This document shows, piece after piece, positions 18,567-28,961 of a DNA stretch of 48,987 nt. The notes below the pieces were generated by a model, which did not search any database, was not told the DNA's origin, and saw only the letters and a program-made list of their open reading frames with translations. Each line of letters begins with the position of its first letter. Position 1 is the stretch's first letter. This DNA comes from Bacteroidales bacterium (GTDB taxonomy: Bacteria; Bacteroidota; Bacteroidia; Bacteroidales; UBA12077): contig JANQHR010000058.1 of assembly GCA_028282585.1 (NCBI GenBank), positions 1-48,987 of the forward strand. Reading direction: 5' to 3'. The position numbers were made by a program, and so were the translations under genes.

Positions 18567-19808
18567 TTGAATAAACCCCGAAGGTATATTATCCTTTTTT
18601 GCCTGATTTTAGCGGGAGAAGCTATTTTCTTTCTGCCATTTGTATTGGCAAGGATCTTTCGCCCTACCCTGCTAATTGTTTTTGATATCAGCAATATGGA
18701 ACTGGGTGCATGGTTTTCCGTGTATGGAATTGTTGCTTTGGTATCGTATTTTTTCGGCGGACCGTTAGCAGATCGTTTTCCGGTTCGTAATTTAATGACC
18801 ATAGCATTATGGCTCACCTCATTGGGAGGTTTTTACATGTCTTTTCTTCCTGGTAAAGATGTTATGTTTGGCATATATGCTTTTTGGGGCTTAACAACCA
18901 TATTTTTGTTTTGGGCAGCGCTGATACGTGCCACACGTGAATGGGGCGGCTATCATTTCCAGGGAAGAGCATTTGGCTGGCTTGAAGGCGGCCGGGGTTT
19001 TACTGCCGCCATGATCGGTACTTTTTCATTATTCCTGTTTTCAGGTTTTATGCCTGAACAATCCGATGAGGCACTTTCTGCGCAGAGAATTAATGCTTAC
19101 AGACTGGTACTTGTAGCAGCATCATGTATTACCTTTTTAAGTGGTTTATTCATATGGATCTTTGTCCCTAAAACCTCCTCCGGTTCCAACTATTCGAAGA
19201 TCCGGTTTAAAAACATGAAGGAGATTATGGCTAAACCTGTTGTTTGGACACTTTCCCTCATTATTTTATGTGCTTATGTAGGCTATAAAATTACCGATGT
19301 GTTTTCACTTTATGCGAACGAAATACTTGGGTTTGATGAAGTAAAAGCAGCAGGTGTAGGAACTTTTGCACTCTGGATGCGTGCTTTGGTTGCTATCATA
19401 GCCGGTTATTTGGCAGATAAAACACGGGCCAATAAAATTGTTACCTTGTGTTTTGCATTTTCACTATCGGGCGGATTAATGATTTTATTGGGTTTTGTAA
19501 ATGAAATTGTAATATTGGCCCTAATCAACCTGGTATTTATTATGGCCGGAATATATGGTGTTCGTGCTCTTTATTTTGCTTTAATAAGCGAAGCAAAACT
19601 GTCCATGGTTTCAACAGGAACGATTGTCGGTATTATTTCGGTGGTAGGTTTTACACCGGATATTTTTATGAGTCCTTTAATGGGAGTTTTACTGGATAAC
19701 AATCCCGGGATAAAGGGCCATCAACTCGTGTTTTTAGTACTTAGCTCCTTTTCCGGTTTTGGATTAATTATTAGCTTAATATTCAATAAATTAAAGAAAT
19801 CTAATTAA
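18567..19808 (+). CDS. MFS transporter
   Basis: About 12 TM segments; GGPLADRF and AGYLADK MFS loop motifs. Confidence 0.9.
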   Translation: MNKPRRYIILFCLILAGEAIFFLPFVLARIFRPTLLIVFDISNMELGAWFSVYGIVALVSYFFGGPLADRFPVRNLMTIALWLTSLGGFYMSFLPGKDVMFGIYAFWGLTTIFLFWAALIRATREWGGYHFQGRAFGWLEGGRGFTAAMIGTFSLFLFSGFMPEQSDEALSAQRINAYRLVLVAASCITFLSGLFIWIFVPKTSSGSNYSKIRFKNMKEIMAKPVVWTLSLIILCAYVGYKITDVFSLYANEILGFDEVKAAGVGTFALWMRALVAIIAGYLADKTRANKIVTLCFAFSLSGGLMILLGFVNEIVILALINLVFIMAGIYGVRALYFALISEAKLSMVSTGTIVGIISVVGFTPDIFMSPLMGVLLDNNPGIKGHQLVFLVLSSFSGFGLIISLIFNKLKKSN

Positions 19809-21318
19809 TGCTGTCCTTTGCAAATGTTTCTTCAATTAAAAAACGCATGAGCTCGGTGTCTTTATAGTTCGAATATACAGGTGTGTTTATGATGGAATCC
19901 GTTAGCTCAAAACCATCATCAATAGCAAATTTAAGGTAATTTACAAAAGCAACCGTATCACCCAAATGGGCATATGATTCGGCAATTTTCATATATGTAT
20001 CAATTTCCTTATCGTATTTTAGGGCCTTAACATAAAAAGCCAGTGCCCTTTTATAATCTTCTTCTTTTGTTAAAAGATCAGCATATTCGATCAAAGCCGT
20101 TGAAGCCAGATTATACTTATCTGCATTTTCATTTGTAAAAACCTTTTTGAAATAGCTTTTAGCAAGTTCGTTTTTTTCTTTATTTTTATGGATAGCAGCA
20201 ATTTTCATTAAAGCATCCAGCCCTTTTTCGCTGTCAGGTTCAAGCCTTGTCACTCTGCCATAGCTTTTAACAGCGTCTTCTTTCTGATCAATTATATTAT
20301 AATTTTCAGCTAAAAAATAATGCGCATCGATATTTTTTTTATCAATAGTTAGTATTTTTTCATAAATATCATTGGCTTTTCTGTATTCCTGGTTATCTAT
20401 GTAGTATGAAGCCATGTTCCATCCTATTGATGTAACAAATTCGGGTTCGGTTTCAAGTGCTTTATGATATTTACTTAAAGCAGATTCGTATAAACCCGTA
20501 TCAATTTCAAATGTATTAAAATAGTTTTCTTCGGCCCTGTTATAAAGTGTACGGCCCCAAATAACATATGTCCAAACCTTTATTTCATCGTCGAAATAAT
20601 CATCATACGTAACCATTCTGAAAATAGAATCGGAAACTTCGCCTCTGTTTTCCGAGATAAAATAAGACAGCAATATAACCGGGTCATTATAGGATATTAT
20701 AAACTCCGCTGCCTTTTCGATAAGTTCATTTAACGCTCTGAACTTATCATCCGGATCATCGGTAAAACCTTCCTCTACCCGATTATATTTAATAAGTTCT
20801 CCATTCGATTTTAATCTCATCGAGAAAGTTAATGTAGAGTTTTCCTCAGTTAAATCGCTTTCGATCACAACATTTTTGTTTCCAATTTTCTCTCTCAGAA
20901 AGTTTACTATTTCAGTTAAAGAAATTTCAAATAATCCTACCTGAATATCAAATGAGCTTATATCAGCACTTTTGTCATATGTTTGTGTTTCATCTTCACT
21001 GGCGATATCAGCTTCAAGTATTTCCAGTTGTTCACTTCCCGTTTTAACAATATCAGTTAATTTATCTGTTAGCCTGCTTCCAAGTACGTGACTGTTATAA
21101 CCTTTACTTTCAAAATCATCTGGTACACTTATAGCACTTATAGTGAATGTTTGTGGAACAATTAAAACCTGAATAAATAAAATTACCATAACCATTATGG
21201 TGATTAGTATCAGGAGTTTCATTGAAAAGGAAAATAGTACAGCCAGCTTTTCATCAATTGTTTTTATCGATGGTTTTCCAATTTTCACTTTTTTTAGTTT
21301 GGACAGGACACGTTTCAT
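19801..21318 (-). CDS. Membrane-anchored tetratricopeptide repeat protein
   Basis: N-terminal TM; repeated A...Y.KAL..D/EP TPR units. Confidence 0.8.
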   Translation of the reverse strand: MKRVLSKLKKVKIGKPSIKTIDEKLAVLFSFSMKLLILITIMVMVILFIQVLIVPQTFTISAISVPDDFESKGYNSHVLGSRLTDKLTDIVKTGSEQLEILEADIASEDETQTYDKSADISSFDIQVGLFEISLTEIVNFLREKIGNKNVVIESDLTEENSTLTFSMRLKSNGELIKYNRVEEGFTDDPDDKFRALNELIEKAAEFIISYNDPVILLSYFISENRGEVSDSIFRMVTYDDYFDDEIKVWTYVIWGRTLYNRAEENYFNTFEIDTGLYESALSKYHKALETEPEFVTSIGWNMASYYIDNQEYRKANDIYEKILTIDKKNIDAHYFLAENYNIIDQKEDAVKSYGRVTRLEPDSEKGLDALMKIAAIHKNKEKNELAKSYFKKVFTNENADKYNLASTALIEYADLLTKEEDYKRALAFYVKALKYDKEIDTYMKIAESYAHLGDTVAFVNYLKFAIDDGFELTDSIINTPVYSNYKDTELMRFLIEETFAKDSIN

Positions 21319-21322
21319 GATC

Positions 21323-23665
21323 TTATTTTATTTTAAGCTGCAGACCAGCGTTGAGCCTGAAAGGATCTTGCGGAGTTTGTGCAAATCCTTCCACATCGGC
21401 ATAAGATATGTTATAGTAACCTCTGTTAAGTAAGTTGTTGATTTTTACAAAACATGTAACTTTATACTTATCATGATTTACTAATAGATAATTGCAATTT
21501 AAATTAACATAGTAAAAAGGTGCTGAACTTTCTTCTGCTCCATCATCTTTTTTCTGTAGTTTATGGTAGCTTCTTGACCTGTAATTTAACCTTGGAGATA
21601 TACTCAAACGATTAAAACGAACAGAGAGCCCTGTTTTGATCAAGCTTTTGGCCGAATAATATAATCTTTCAGAATCAATATTACCATCTACATAAGAATA
21701 AGATACGTAATAGTGTAAATCGAAAAAAGAGCCATAACTATACAGCCAGTCAAGATTTATATTTCCTCCATAAGTTTCTGAAGACCCTTTGTTAATTCTT
21801 CTTTTTACCACTGCAACAGGAATTCCCTGGAATGATTCATTCATAAAATTTTCGTCAACTATCAAATTTGTAATGTTGTTATAATAGCCACTTAATGAAA
21901 TAGATAGGTTTTTGTTCAGGAAGAATGTGCTATTTAGTTCTGCTGATCTGAGTTTTTCAGGTTCCAGGTGGTTATTGGGTAAATTCCAGAATGCACTGGT
22001 AAATCCAATAATATCTCCGTTATTTGCTGTGTCGACAGAAAAGCTTCCGTAATGCTCGTACGATTTGTATGGCGATGGAGCTAAAAAGGCTTCGTTATAT
22101 AAGGCTGCTATTTTAAGTTTATTGGAAGGGTTATATACCAGGGCCACTCTTGGATTAAAATTCCCATGATATCTGGTATTATAATCATATCTGCAACCTG
22201 CCGTTAAACCCAGTTTATTAAAGAACTTTTGATGATACTGCACATAAGCACTATAGTTTTGGTAACTAATATTATAGAAATCCTGGTAAATTGTAAGGTC
22301 GTTACCTTCAAAATCATTTATATTAGTACCTATATAATATAATCCTTGCAGATCATGTGGTATCGATTTATCGTATTTAAATGGTAAATCGCCTGATTTT
22401 GGCTGAGAAGCAAAACTTTCGACAACAAAACCACCCACAATTTTTTGATTATCACTAAAACTATAATTAATTTGCTCCTCTATTCTAAATGACTGGTCGA
22501 TTCCGTATTTATAACCATCTTCAAATGAAGTAAATACATTTACAAACTTACTTTCCGGAGAAATTTCAAAAATGCTGAATGCAATTGAACTTTCAACTAC
22601 CAGTTTATGATCTTCCGAAGTATAGTTATGCGATCCAAAAACAGTTTGAATATTATTTTTATAAATAGCCGATTCCGAATATAAACTATGCTCGGGCCTC
22701 ATTCCTGTTGAAGAGCTATGAGATTCTGAATTTCTATAATAGCCTATATTAAAATTCCCGATCTGTAAATTAGCATATAAAGAATGAGCTTTTGTTGGTG
22801 TTTTATACGGTTCAATGGAACCCATCTGAACTGTATCCTTATATAACAGCATTTCACCAAATGTCTTATATCTTTCGTTATACCAATCAAAATCTTCTTT
22901 GTAATAATCAATATCGGGAAAATCGGGCTCACCTGAATTATACAGATTACCATCAAATGTAAACGATACATTTTCGTTTCCAAATTGCGAAAAAAGGGAA
23001 ACCGAATTTGTTTCGAACATCCCTAATTCACTTGATATTTTAATGTTTTCAATATTGTGATCTTTATTTGTAATTATATTGATTATCCCGGCAAAAGCAT
23101 CGGCTCCATACAAAGCAGAACCGGGGCCAATTATAATTTCTATTCTTTCGGCATTTTCAATGAAATAGTTCTTGCCAACTACATGAGGTGTTCCGCTTAT
23201 CGCATTAATTTTTACACCATCCTGCATAATAATAAACTTTTCATTACCGGCTATTCCTCTTATTGTATAATAATTTGAATATTCCGATACGGATTTGTTC
23301 TGTATTTCAATACCCGGTACATCCGTTAGTACTTCGTCCAAATATGAATAGTTTCTTTTTTCTATCTGTTCCCTGGTTATTATAAACACTGTTGCAGGGG
23401 CTTCCGATGAAAGCTGTTCAGCCTTGCTTGCAGTAACAACTTCCTGATTCATAATCATTTCCATCAATTCATCAACCGATACGCCTACAACTTCTGATAA
23501 TTTTATAAATTCTTCATATGGCATATCAATTAAATCTTCGTATGTCATATTTTTTAATTTATCTTTTAGGTGTTTAGTTGAATCAGCCGGTTCTTGAGAA
23601 TAAACTGAACTGCAAATAAGTATTAATGCTAATAAAATATTAAAGCGGAGAATTATTTGGATCAT
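21323..23665 (-). CDS. TonB-dependent receptor
   Basis: Plug motifs VVTASK..APATVFIIT, IRG, ERIEIIIGPGSALYGADAFAGIINIIT; barrel strands, NNLLN. Confidence 0.9.
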   Translation of the reverse strand: MIQIILRFNILLALILICSSVYSQEPADSTKHLKDKLKNMTYEDLIDMPYEEFIKLSEVVGVSVDELMEMIMNQEVVTASKAEQLSSEAPATVFIITREQIEKRNYSYLDEVLTDVPGIEIQNKSVSEYSNYYTIRGIAGNEKFIIMQDGVKINAISGTPHVVGKNYFIENAERIEIIIGPGSALYGADAFAGIINIITNKDHNIENIKISSELGMFETNSVSLFSQFGNENVSFTFDGNLYNSGEPDFPDIDYYKEDFDWYNERYKTFGEMLLYKDTVQMGSIEPYKTPTKAHSLYANLQIGNFNIGYYRNSESHSSSTGMRPEHSLYSESAIYKNNIQTVFGSHNYTSEDHKLVVESSIAFSIFEISPESKFVNVFTSFEDGYKYGIDQSFRIEEQINYSFSDNQKIVGGFVVESFASQPKSGDLPFKYDKSIPHDLQGLYYIGTNINDFEGNDLTIYQDFYNISYQNYSAYVQYHQKFFNKLGLTAGCRYDYNTRYHGNFNPRVALVYNPSNKLKIAALYNEAFLAPSPYKSYEHYGSFSVDTANNGDIIGFTSAFWNLPNNHLEPEKLRSAELNSTFFLNKNLSISLSGYYNNITNLIVDENFMNESFQGIPVAVVKRRINKGSSETYGGNINLDWLYSYGSFFDLHYYVSYSYVDGNIDSERLYYSAKSLIKTGLSVRFNRLSISPRLNYRSRSYHKLQKKDDGAEESSAPFYYVNLNCNYLLVNHDKYKVTCFVKINNLLNRGYYNISYADVEGFAQTPQDPFRLNAGLQLKIK

Positions 23666-23684
23666 TCTTTTAGAAAACAGTTAC

Positions 23685-24191
23685 TTATTTATACGATAGG
23701 TTATTTACGATAATTGCTTCGTTTAGCTTCAGACCCTTTTGTTCCATATTACTTTTGTCAATTTCCAACTTCAAGGTGTTAGACTGGAAGCTCAGGTTTA
23801 TATCAATGCCGTTGATGTATTTAGTTAAATTATCCGAAATGATAACTGTCTTCTTACCTTCAAGTTTTAGAATTACATCATTTATTATAGCGCTTTTCGA
23901 TTGTGGAATAAAAACAATATGAGATTGCTCAATCTTATCAACAGAAACGGCTTTTTTTACTTCAACCCTGGGCCGGGTAGCTCTTGGGCTTTTCGAAACA
24001 CTATTTAATTCCCAATTTATAGGCGAATTTCCTATCACTGTAATAATGTATTTATCAGGTTGAGGATTTAATCTCCAATTAATATTTTGTGTTAACCTGT
24101 AAATATGGACAGCTTTGTATTTCTCAGTTGTTTGCGAAAGTGAAAACTGATAAATTAATAATCCAAAAAAAATCAGAATAACTTTTTTCAT
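23685..24191 (-). CDS. YfiR/HmsC family (DUF4154) protein
   Basis: Signal peptide; KAVHIYRLTQNINW, SHIVFI, LEID...GLKL. Confidence 0.75.
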   Translation of the reverse strand: MKKVILIFFGLLIYQFSLSQTTEKYKAVHIYRLTQNINWRLNPQPDKYIITVIGNSPINWELNSVSKSPRATRPRVEVKKAVSVDKIEQSHIVFIPQSKSAIINDVILKLEGKKTVIISDNLTKYINGIDINLSFQSNTLKLEIDKSNMEQKGLKLNEAIIVNNLSYK

Positions 24192-24514
24192 TTAAATTGG
24201 TTAGTATGCGTTGAGTTTTTACGTTTTCTAATTTAATATTATTTTTCAAATTTTAAATAATGAAAACAGATTTTAAAATCTGAAAATAACCTCCCTCATA
24301 TATTTATACCAAATTTATCAAAAAGGTGACCCCTAAAACGGAAAATAGATAAAATTAGAACGCACAGGAGCAAAATTATTTTACATTGATATTTATTGAT
24401 TAATCTTTGATAAAGGTAATTTATTCAACAATCTGGCCGGGTGCCATGTAATTAATTGAATTATAAACTTTTTAACAAGAAATTGAACCATATATAAAAG
24501 CAGCTTTCGCAATA

Positions 24515-25936
24515 TTAAGGAAAGAAGGCAACAAGTTTTTCCAAAATGTTTAATATGGGCACTCCTACTTCGCCAACTGTTTTTAACGATTTAGTTAATC
24601 CGTTATAAAACCCCTGCCATTTGTTTTTATTAGGTTTTTCCTTTACAGATTCCTGAATTAAACCTTCTACGGTTTCCGAAATCGTATGTTTTTTAGGTTC
24701 ATCATCTAATAATTCAAGTAATAACTTTATTTTATCATTTAAGGCATTTAATGTTTCTTTAATATCGTTATTAGCATCATAAGCTTTAATAATTTGCTTA
24801 TTATTCTTAATAACTTCGCCTATGTTAACATTTGAATTATAAATGTTTCCGATCGTAATATTATTCGTTTTTTTCATTTCTTCTATTTTCTCCAGATATT
24901 TATTGATATGATGAAAATAATTTCTTCTTACATCGATTGCGTATTTCAAATTATTTTTAATTGTTTTTCTTTCTACCTGGCTAAAATCGTCAATCAGCTT
25001 TAGTGATAAATCGATAATGTTAGATGTATCTATTTTGTCTTCTGTTACATCTTTAAAGTAATTTTCGAAACATCTTTTTATAAATGTCTGTAATTCATTA
25101 GATTGTCGGCTCCTCGGTTCAGGAAGCAATTTATCTTCTGCTATTTTCTTGAGTATCATATGCAGGGACTCTCTATATGAGTTCATATATAACACCGAAA
25201 TACGAATATCACTGGCGAGCTCGTAAATATTCTGCTTATTATGCAGTAAACACCATAATTTGCATTTAGAATCCAGTTTCGAATGGTGAAGTTTAAAATT
25301 ATTATCGAGTAAATCTATACTGTTATGGCCATTAAGATCTAATTTCTCGTGCGGAAACATTTCAATAAATAAAAATGGCTTTCCGGCGTATATATATTTG
25401 AAAGTAATATCACTTTTTAAGACTTTATAAGGTGTGGTTGCATAAAATAACTGTTTTGCCAATAATTTTGAAATATTCTTTACTTTAGCCGTTTGCACGC
25501 CATTATCGGTTATGGGCACATTCGCATTGATTTCTGAAAGATCCTGATAAAATTTCTTTATATCATCAATTGTAACAACGCTATTATTATATATATTAAC
25601 GTAAAATCCAATTTCATATTTACCACTACACTTCCCGTCATAAAAGAGCCTTTTATACATAAGTTTTACATTTACGCAATTTAATACTCCGTTTTTGGTA
25701 ATATTAATTTTAGGCAATTCAGTAAATCTAATACCGTTTTTGGCATCACAATAAAAATTTTCATCTGGCGGATTTATGCCATATCTTCTCTTGATAAGAC
25801 CTATTGATCTGATAAATATATCGTTATCGATAATATTTAACTCTAAATTTCTCCATATTTTATTGGATAGATTTTCTTCCGGATTTAGAATGAAATTTCT
25901 TAAATCAACAATGGGTATTTGATAAATTAATAGCAT
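24515..25936 (-). CDS. Hypothetical protein
   Basis: 473-aa ORF; Asn-rich linker then amphipathic helical C-terminal module; no catalytic motif recognised. Confidence 0.65.
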   Translation of the reverse strand: MLLIYQIPIVDLRNFILNPEENLSNKIWRNLELNIIDNDIFIRSIGLIKRRYGINPPDENFYCDAKNGIRFTELPKINITKNGVLNCVNVKLMYKRLFYDGKCSGKYEIGFYVNIYNNSVVTIDDIKKFYQDLSEINANVPITDNGVQTAKVKNISKLLAKQLFYATTPYKVLKSDITFKYIYAGKPFLFIEMFPHEKLDLNGHNSIDLLDNNFKLHHSKLDSKCKLWCLLHNKQNIYELASDIRISVLYMNSYRESLHMILKKIAEDKLLPEPRSRQSNELQTFIKRCFENYFKDVTEDKIDTSNIIDLSLKLIDDFSQVERKTIKNNLKYAIDVRRNYFHHINKYLEKIEEMKKTNNITIGNIYNSNVNIGEVIKNNKQIIKAYDANNDIKETLNALNDKIKLLLELLDDEPKKHTISETVEGLIQESVKEKPNKNKWQGFYNGLTKSLKTVGEVGVPILNILEKLVAFFP

Positions 25937-26195
25937 ACTTTAAATTAAAAAAGCCTTCGCGGCAAGCTCTCGGGGAGAACGCATAAGACTTTTATCTTGG
26001 TACTTGTCTGTTTTAATACTAATTATAATCCACAGTTATTATTAGTCAATCAAATTTAATTAATAATTGATAAAATAACTAGTATTATTTTGTTTAATTA
26101 TTTCAAAAAAACATCAAATAAAACGTACGAATTAAAACAGCAGATAACTTCGGTCAGTTAATTTCAAAGCATTTTTTAAAAAATACTTCGGAGAT

Positions 26196-27128
26196 TTACT
26201 TTCGGCCTGGGATTCTTTTCAGGGAAATTGGTTTTAGTGAACGATCTCCCATTTTAATAAATGCAACTCCGATTAAGATCAATGTACTTGCAATTATTAT
26301 TTGCGAATTGATTTCCTCATTTAGTATTAACCACCCCAGGAATAAAGCAACTAAAGGATTTACATAACTATAGGTAGATAACATGCCCGGTGTTACATTA
26401 TCAATTAAATATGTAAATGCAGACATAGCTAATATTGAGCCGAAAACGATCAAATATGAAAGAGCCAATAAAGATTCTAAATCAAAAGCTTGTTTTTCGA
26501 ACCCTGAAGATTCTCCTATTATAATTCCTATTAAAAAATTTACAATTCCGCCTGCAAACATCTGAATACTTAAGTTGAGAAGGTTATTCTTAGGTTTTTC
26601 AAGTTTAGGGCTTAAAATAGCTCCAAATGACCAAATAATGGTTGCAATAAGTATTATAAAGAATGGTAAATATGGGATACTTTTCATGTTAGCAAGATCC
26701 TTAAAACCTACCAACAGTAAAATTCCTGCAAATCCTATGATAACTCCAAGCCAAACTAAAAATCTGGGCATTTTTGCTTTGTTAATGATCATGTCGAATA
26801 ACAAAAACCATAATGGTAACAAACTTACCATAACACACGCAATGCCTGATGGTATGTATTTTTCCGACCAGGCTACCAAACCTGTGCCACCTGCAAAAAG
26901 CAGAATGCCTATGATTGAGGAGTTTATAAACTGTTTTTTATTAAATTTAGCCTTTCTTTGAAATAATAAGACCAGATATACAAGCAAGGCTGCAATTGTA
27001 AATCTAAGTCCCATAGATATAAATGCAGGCCCGGTATCTACTATTACTCTGATTGCCAGATAGGTTGAACCCCAAATTACATAAACCGCTAAAAATGATA
27101 TTAGTATTTTAAAAGCTTTATTATTCAT
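26196..27128 (-). CDS. EamA/DMT family transporter (YedA-like)
   Basis: VYVIWGSTYLAIR, STYSYVNPLVALFLG..LNE. Confidence 0.9.
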   Translation of the reverse strand: MNNKAFKILISFLAVYVIWGSTYLAIRVIVDTGPAFISMGLRFTIAALLVYLVLLFQRKAKFNKKQFINSSIIGILLFAGGTGLVAWSEKYIPSGIACVMVSLLPLWFLLFDMIINKAKMPRFLVWLGVIIGFAGILLLVGFKDLANMKSIPYLPFFIILIATIIWSFGAILSPKLEKPKNNLLNLSIQMFAGGIVNFLIGIIIGESSGFEKQAFDLESLLALSYLIVFGSILAMSAFTYLIDNVTPGMLSTYSYVNPLVALFLGWLILNEEINSQIIIASTLILIGVAFIKMGDRSLKPISLKRIPGRK

Positions 27129-27597
27129 CTTCTTTTTTTTCTATTGGTATTGATAAAGTTTCTTTTACAGTGTCCATAACTATTACAGATCTTGTATCGC
27201 TTACCCCTTCAATGTTTAATAGTACATTGTGCAGGAATTTATTAAAATGCTGAGTATCTCTTGCCCTTATTTTCAAAAGAAAGCAGTCTTCGCCTGCTAC
27301 ATGGTGAATTTCCTGTATTTCTTTATACTTTGCAAAAGTGTCGTAGAATGTTGTATAAAAACGGTCTTTAGTTTTTATATAAACAAATGCCAGGAACTTA
27401 AAGTCCATTGTTATTGGATCAACACAAGCCTGATAGCCTTTGATTACATTTAACTTTTCCAATCTTTTTACTCTTTCCAGAGTAGCCGATGGAACTAGAT
27501 TAACTCGCCTGGCAATTTCAGCGTTGGAAATTCTGGCATTCTCCTGAAGGATTTCCAGGATTTTTCTATCAATATCATCAATTTTAATTCTACTCAT
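27121..27597 (-). CDS. Lrp/AsnC family transcriptional regulator
   Basis: DDIDRKILEILQENARISNAEIARRVNL..ERVKRLE; HHVAGEDCFLLK. Confidence 0.93.
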   Translation of the reverse strand: MSRIKIDDIDRKILEILQENARISNAEIARRVNLVPSATLERVKRLEKLNVIKGYQACVDPITMDFKFLAFVYIKTKDRFYTTFYDTFAKYKEIQEIHHVAGEDCFLLKIRARDTQHFNKFLHNVLLNIEGVSDTRSVIVMDTVKETLSIPIEKKEDE

Positions 27598-27713
27598 GAT
27601 ATTTATATAATGGTAATTTAACAGTCAAATCTACTCAATCAGGCGTCTAAAAACAACAAATATTCTGATTATTGCGGAAAATACAAATGATGTTCGAAAT
27701 ATTATTTAAAATA

Positions 27714-27728
27714 CAGAATAATATTCGA
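27714..27728. promoter_or_regulatory. Possible Lrp-family operator upstream of the lrp gene
   Basis: CAGAATAATATTCGA matches the E. coli Lrp consensus YAGHAWATTWTDCTR at 13/15; AT-rich context lowers significance. Confidence 0.35.
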
Positions 27729-27802
27729 TTTAAATATTGAATATCAATTGTTATTTGAATTTTATTCGGAAGAAATCCAATACAGGAAAAACGAATCTAA
27801 AG

Positions 27803-28672
27803 CTAACTTAAAATTTCGGGAACTTTTAAATTAAAACCTATTTTGTTAAGTTCCATAATAAAGTATTTGGATAAAACCGGCGATTTAATTTCTTCGTTTT
27901 GATGTATAAAAAAATAGATGTTTTTAATTCCCATTTCAACCCATTGTTTAAGTTTTTCTATCCAATCATCCAGTCTCGTGTAATCTGTAGGGTGGTTAGC
28001 ACCTACATAACGAACAAAAGTTGTTTCAGTTGTCAGGCACATATGCAACAAGTCTCTTCTTCCTGCAGAATCAACCAAAATATTTATTATTTTATGTTTT
28101 TCGAGCAGATCATATAGCTCATTTGAAACATTTTGATCGTTATACCAGTCGGTATGGCGAAATTCAATTGCCAGAGGAATTTCCTTTGGCCAGTATTCAA
28201 CAAAACGTACAACACGTTCAAAATCTTTTGGAGCAAAATTCTGATGCATCTGTAGAAATATGGTACCCAATCGATCCTCAAGCTGGCTTACTGCATAAAT
28301 ATATTCATCTACAATCGGTTCAACACCACTAAGTCGTTTAGAGTGGCTTATATCTCCTGATATTTTTGGGAAAAATCTAAAATTTTCGGGAGTCTTATCT
28401 TTCCATTTTGCAAATTGCTCGGGTGGAAAAATGCGGTAAAAAGTAGCATTTAATTCAATTGAATTAAATTGCGTGGAATAATAAGCAAGTTCATCTTTAG
28501 TTCCTCTTGGGTAAAAATTCTTTAAATCCTGTCTGTTCCATTTTGCACATCCTACATATATATTGGGTGTATCATGATTCCCTTGTTTTGAGAGGACTTT
28601 CTCCGTCCTCATATTGTCTTGAGGGAGTCTAAAATCAATTTCTCCGGGATTGTTAACTTTTCCAAATTTCAT
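27803..28672 (-). CDS. DUF72 domain protein
   Basis: YSTQFNSIELNATFYR, FRFFPK, LAIEFRH. Confidence 0.9.
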   Translation of the reverse strand: MKFGKVNNPGEIDFRLPQDNMRTEKVLSKQGNHDTPNIYVGCAKWNRQDLKNFYPRGTKDELAYYSTQFNSIELNATFYRIFPPEQFAKWKDKTPENFRFFPKISGDISHSKRLSGVEPIVDEYIYAVSQLEDRLGTIFLQMHQNFAPKDFERVVRFVEYWPKEIPLAIEFRHTDWYNDQNVSNELYDLLEKHKIINILVDSAGRRDLLHMCLTTETTFVRYVGANHPTDYTRLDDWIEKLKQWVEMGIKNIYFFIHQNEEIKSPVLSKYFIMELNKIGFNLKVPEILS

Positions 28673-28807
28673 ACTTGAGATTTTATATTGATAACAAAGT
28701 TATTTAAAAACATATCTATAATCATAAAGTATTGTAATATATTAATCTTTTTTAATAAAAACTTATCCTAAGTTAAGCATAATCGGTTTTTTGTTAATTT
28801 TGAGCAA

Positions 28808-28927
28808 TTTGGATCTGCAAATACAGATAAATTTGATAAAAATAGTGACATTAATTTTCTTATTGCTTTTAAAGAAAACCTTAGTATTGAAGAGTATACT
28901 GAAAACTATATTGAAAGAACAAGTTGA
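28808..28927 (+). pseudogene. Remnant of minimal nucleotidyltransferase (MNT antitoxin-like)
   Basis: Manual translation FGSANTDKFDKNSDINFLIAFKENLSIEEYTENYIERTS*; GS-x10-DxD with second Asp changed to Asn; N- and C-terminal parts missing. Confidence 0.65.
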
Positions 28928-28961
28928 AAACTTAATGAAATAAAATTCATTTTATTAACAA

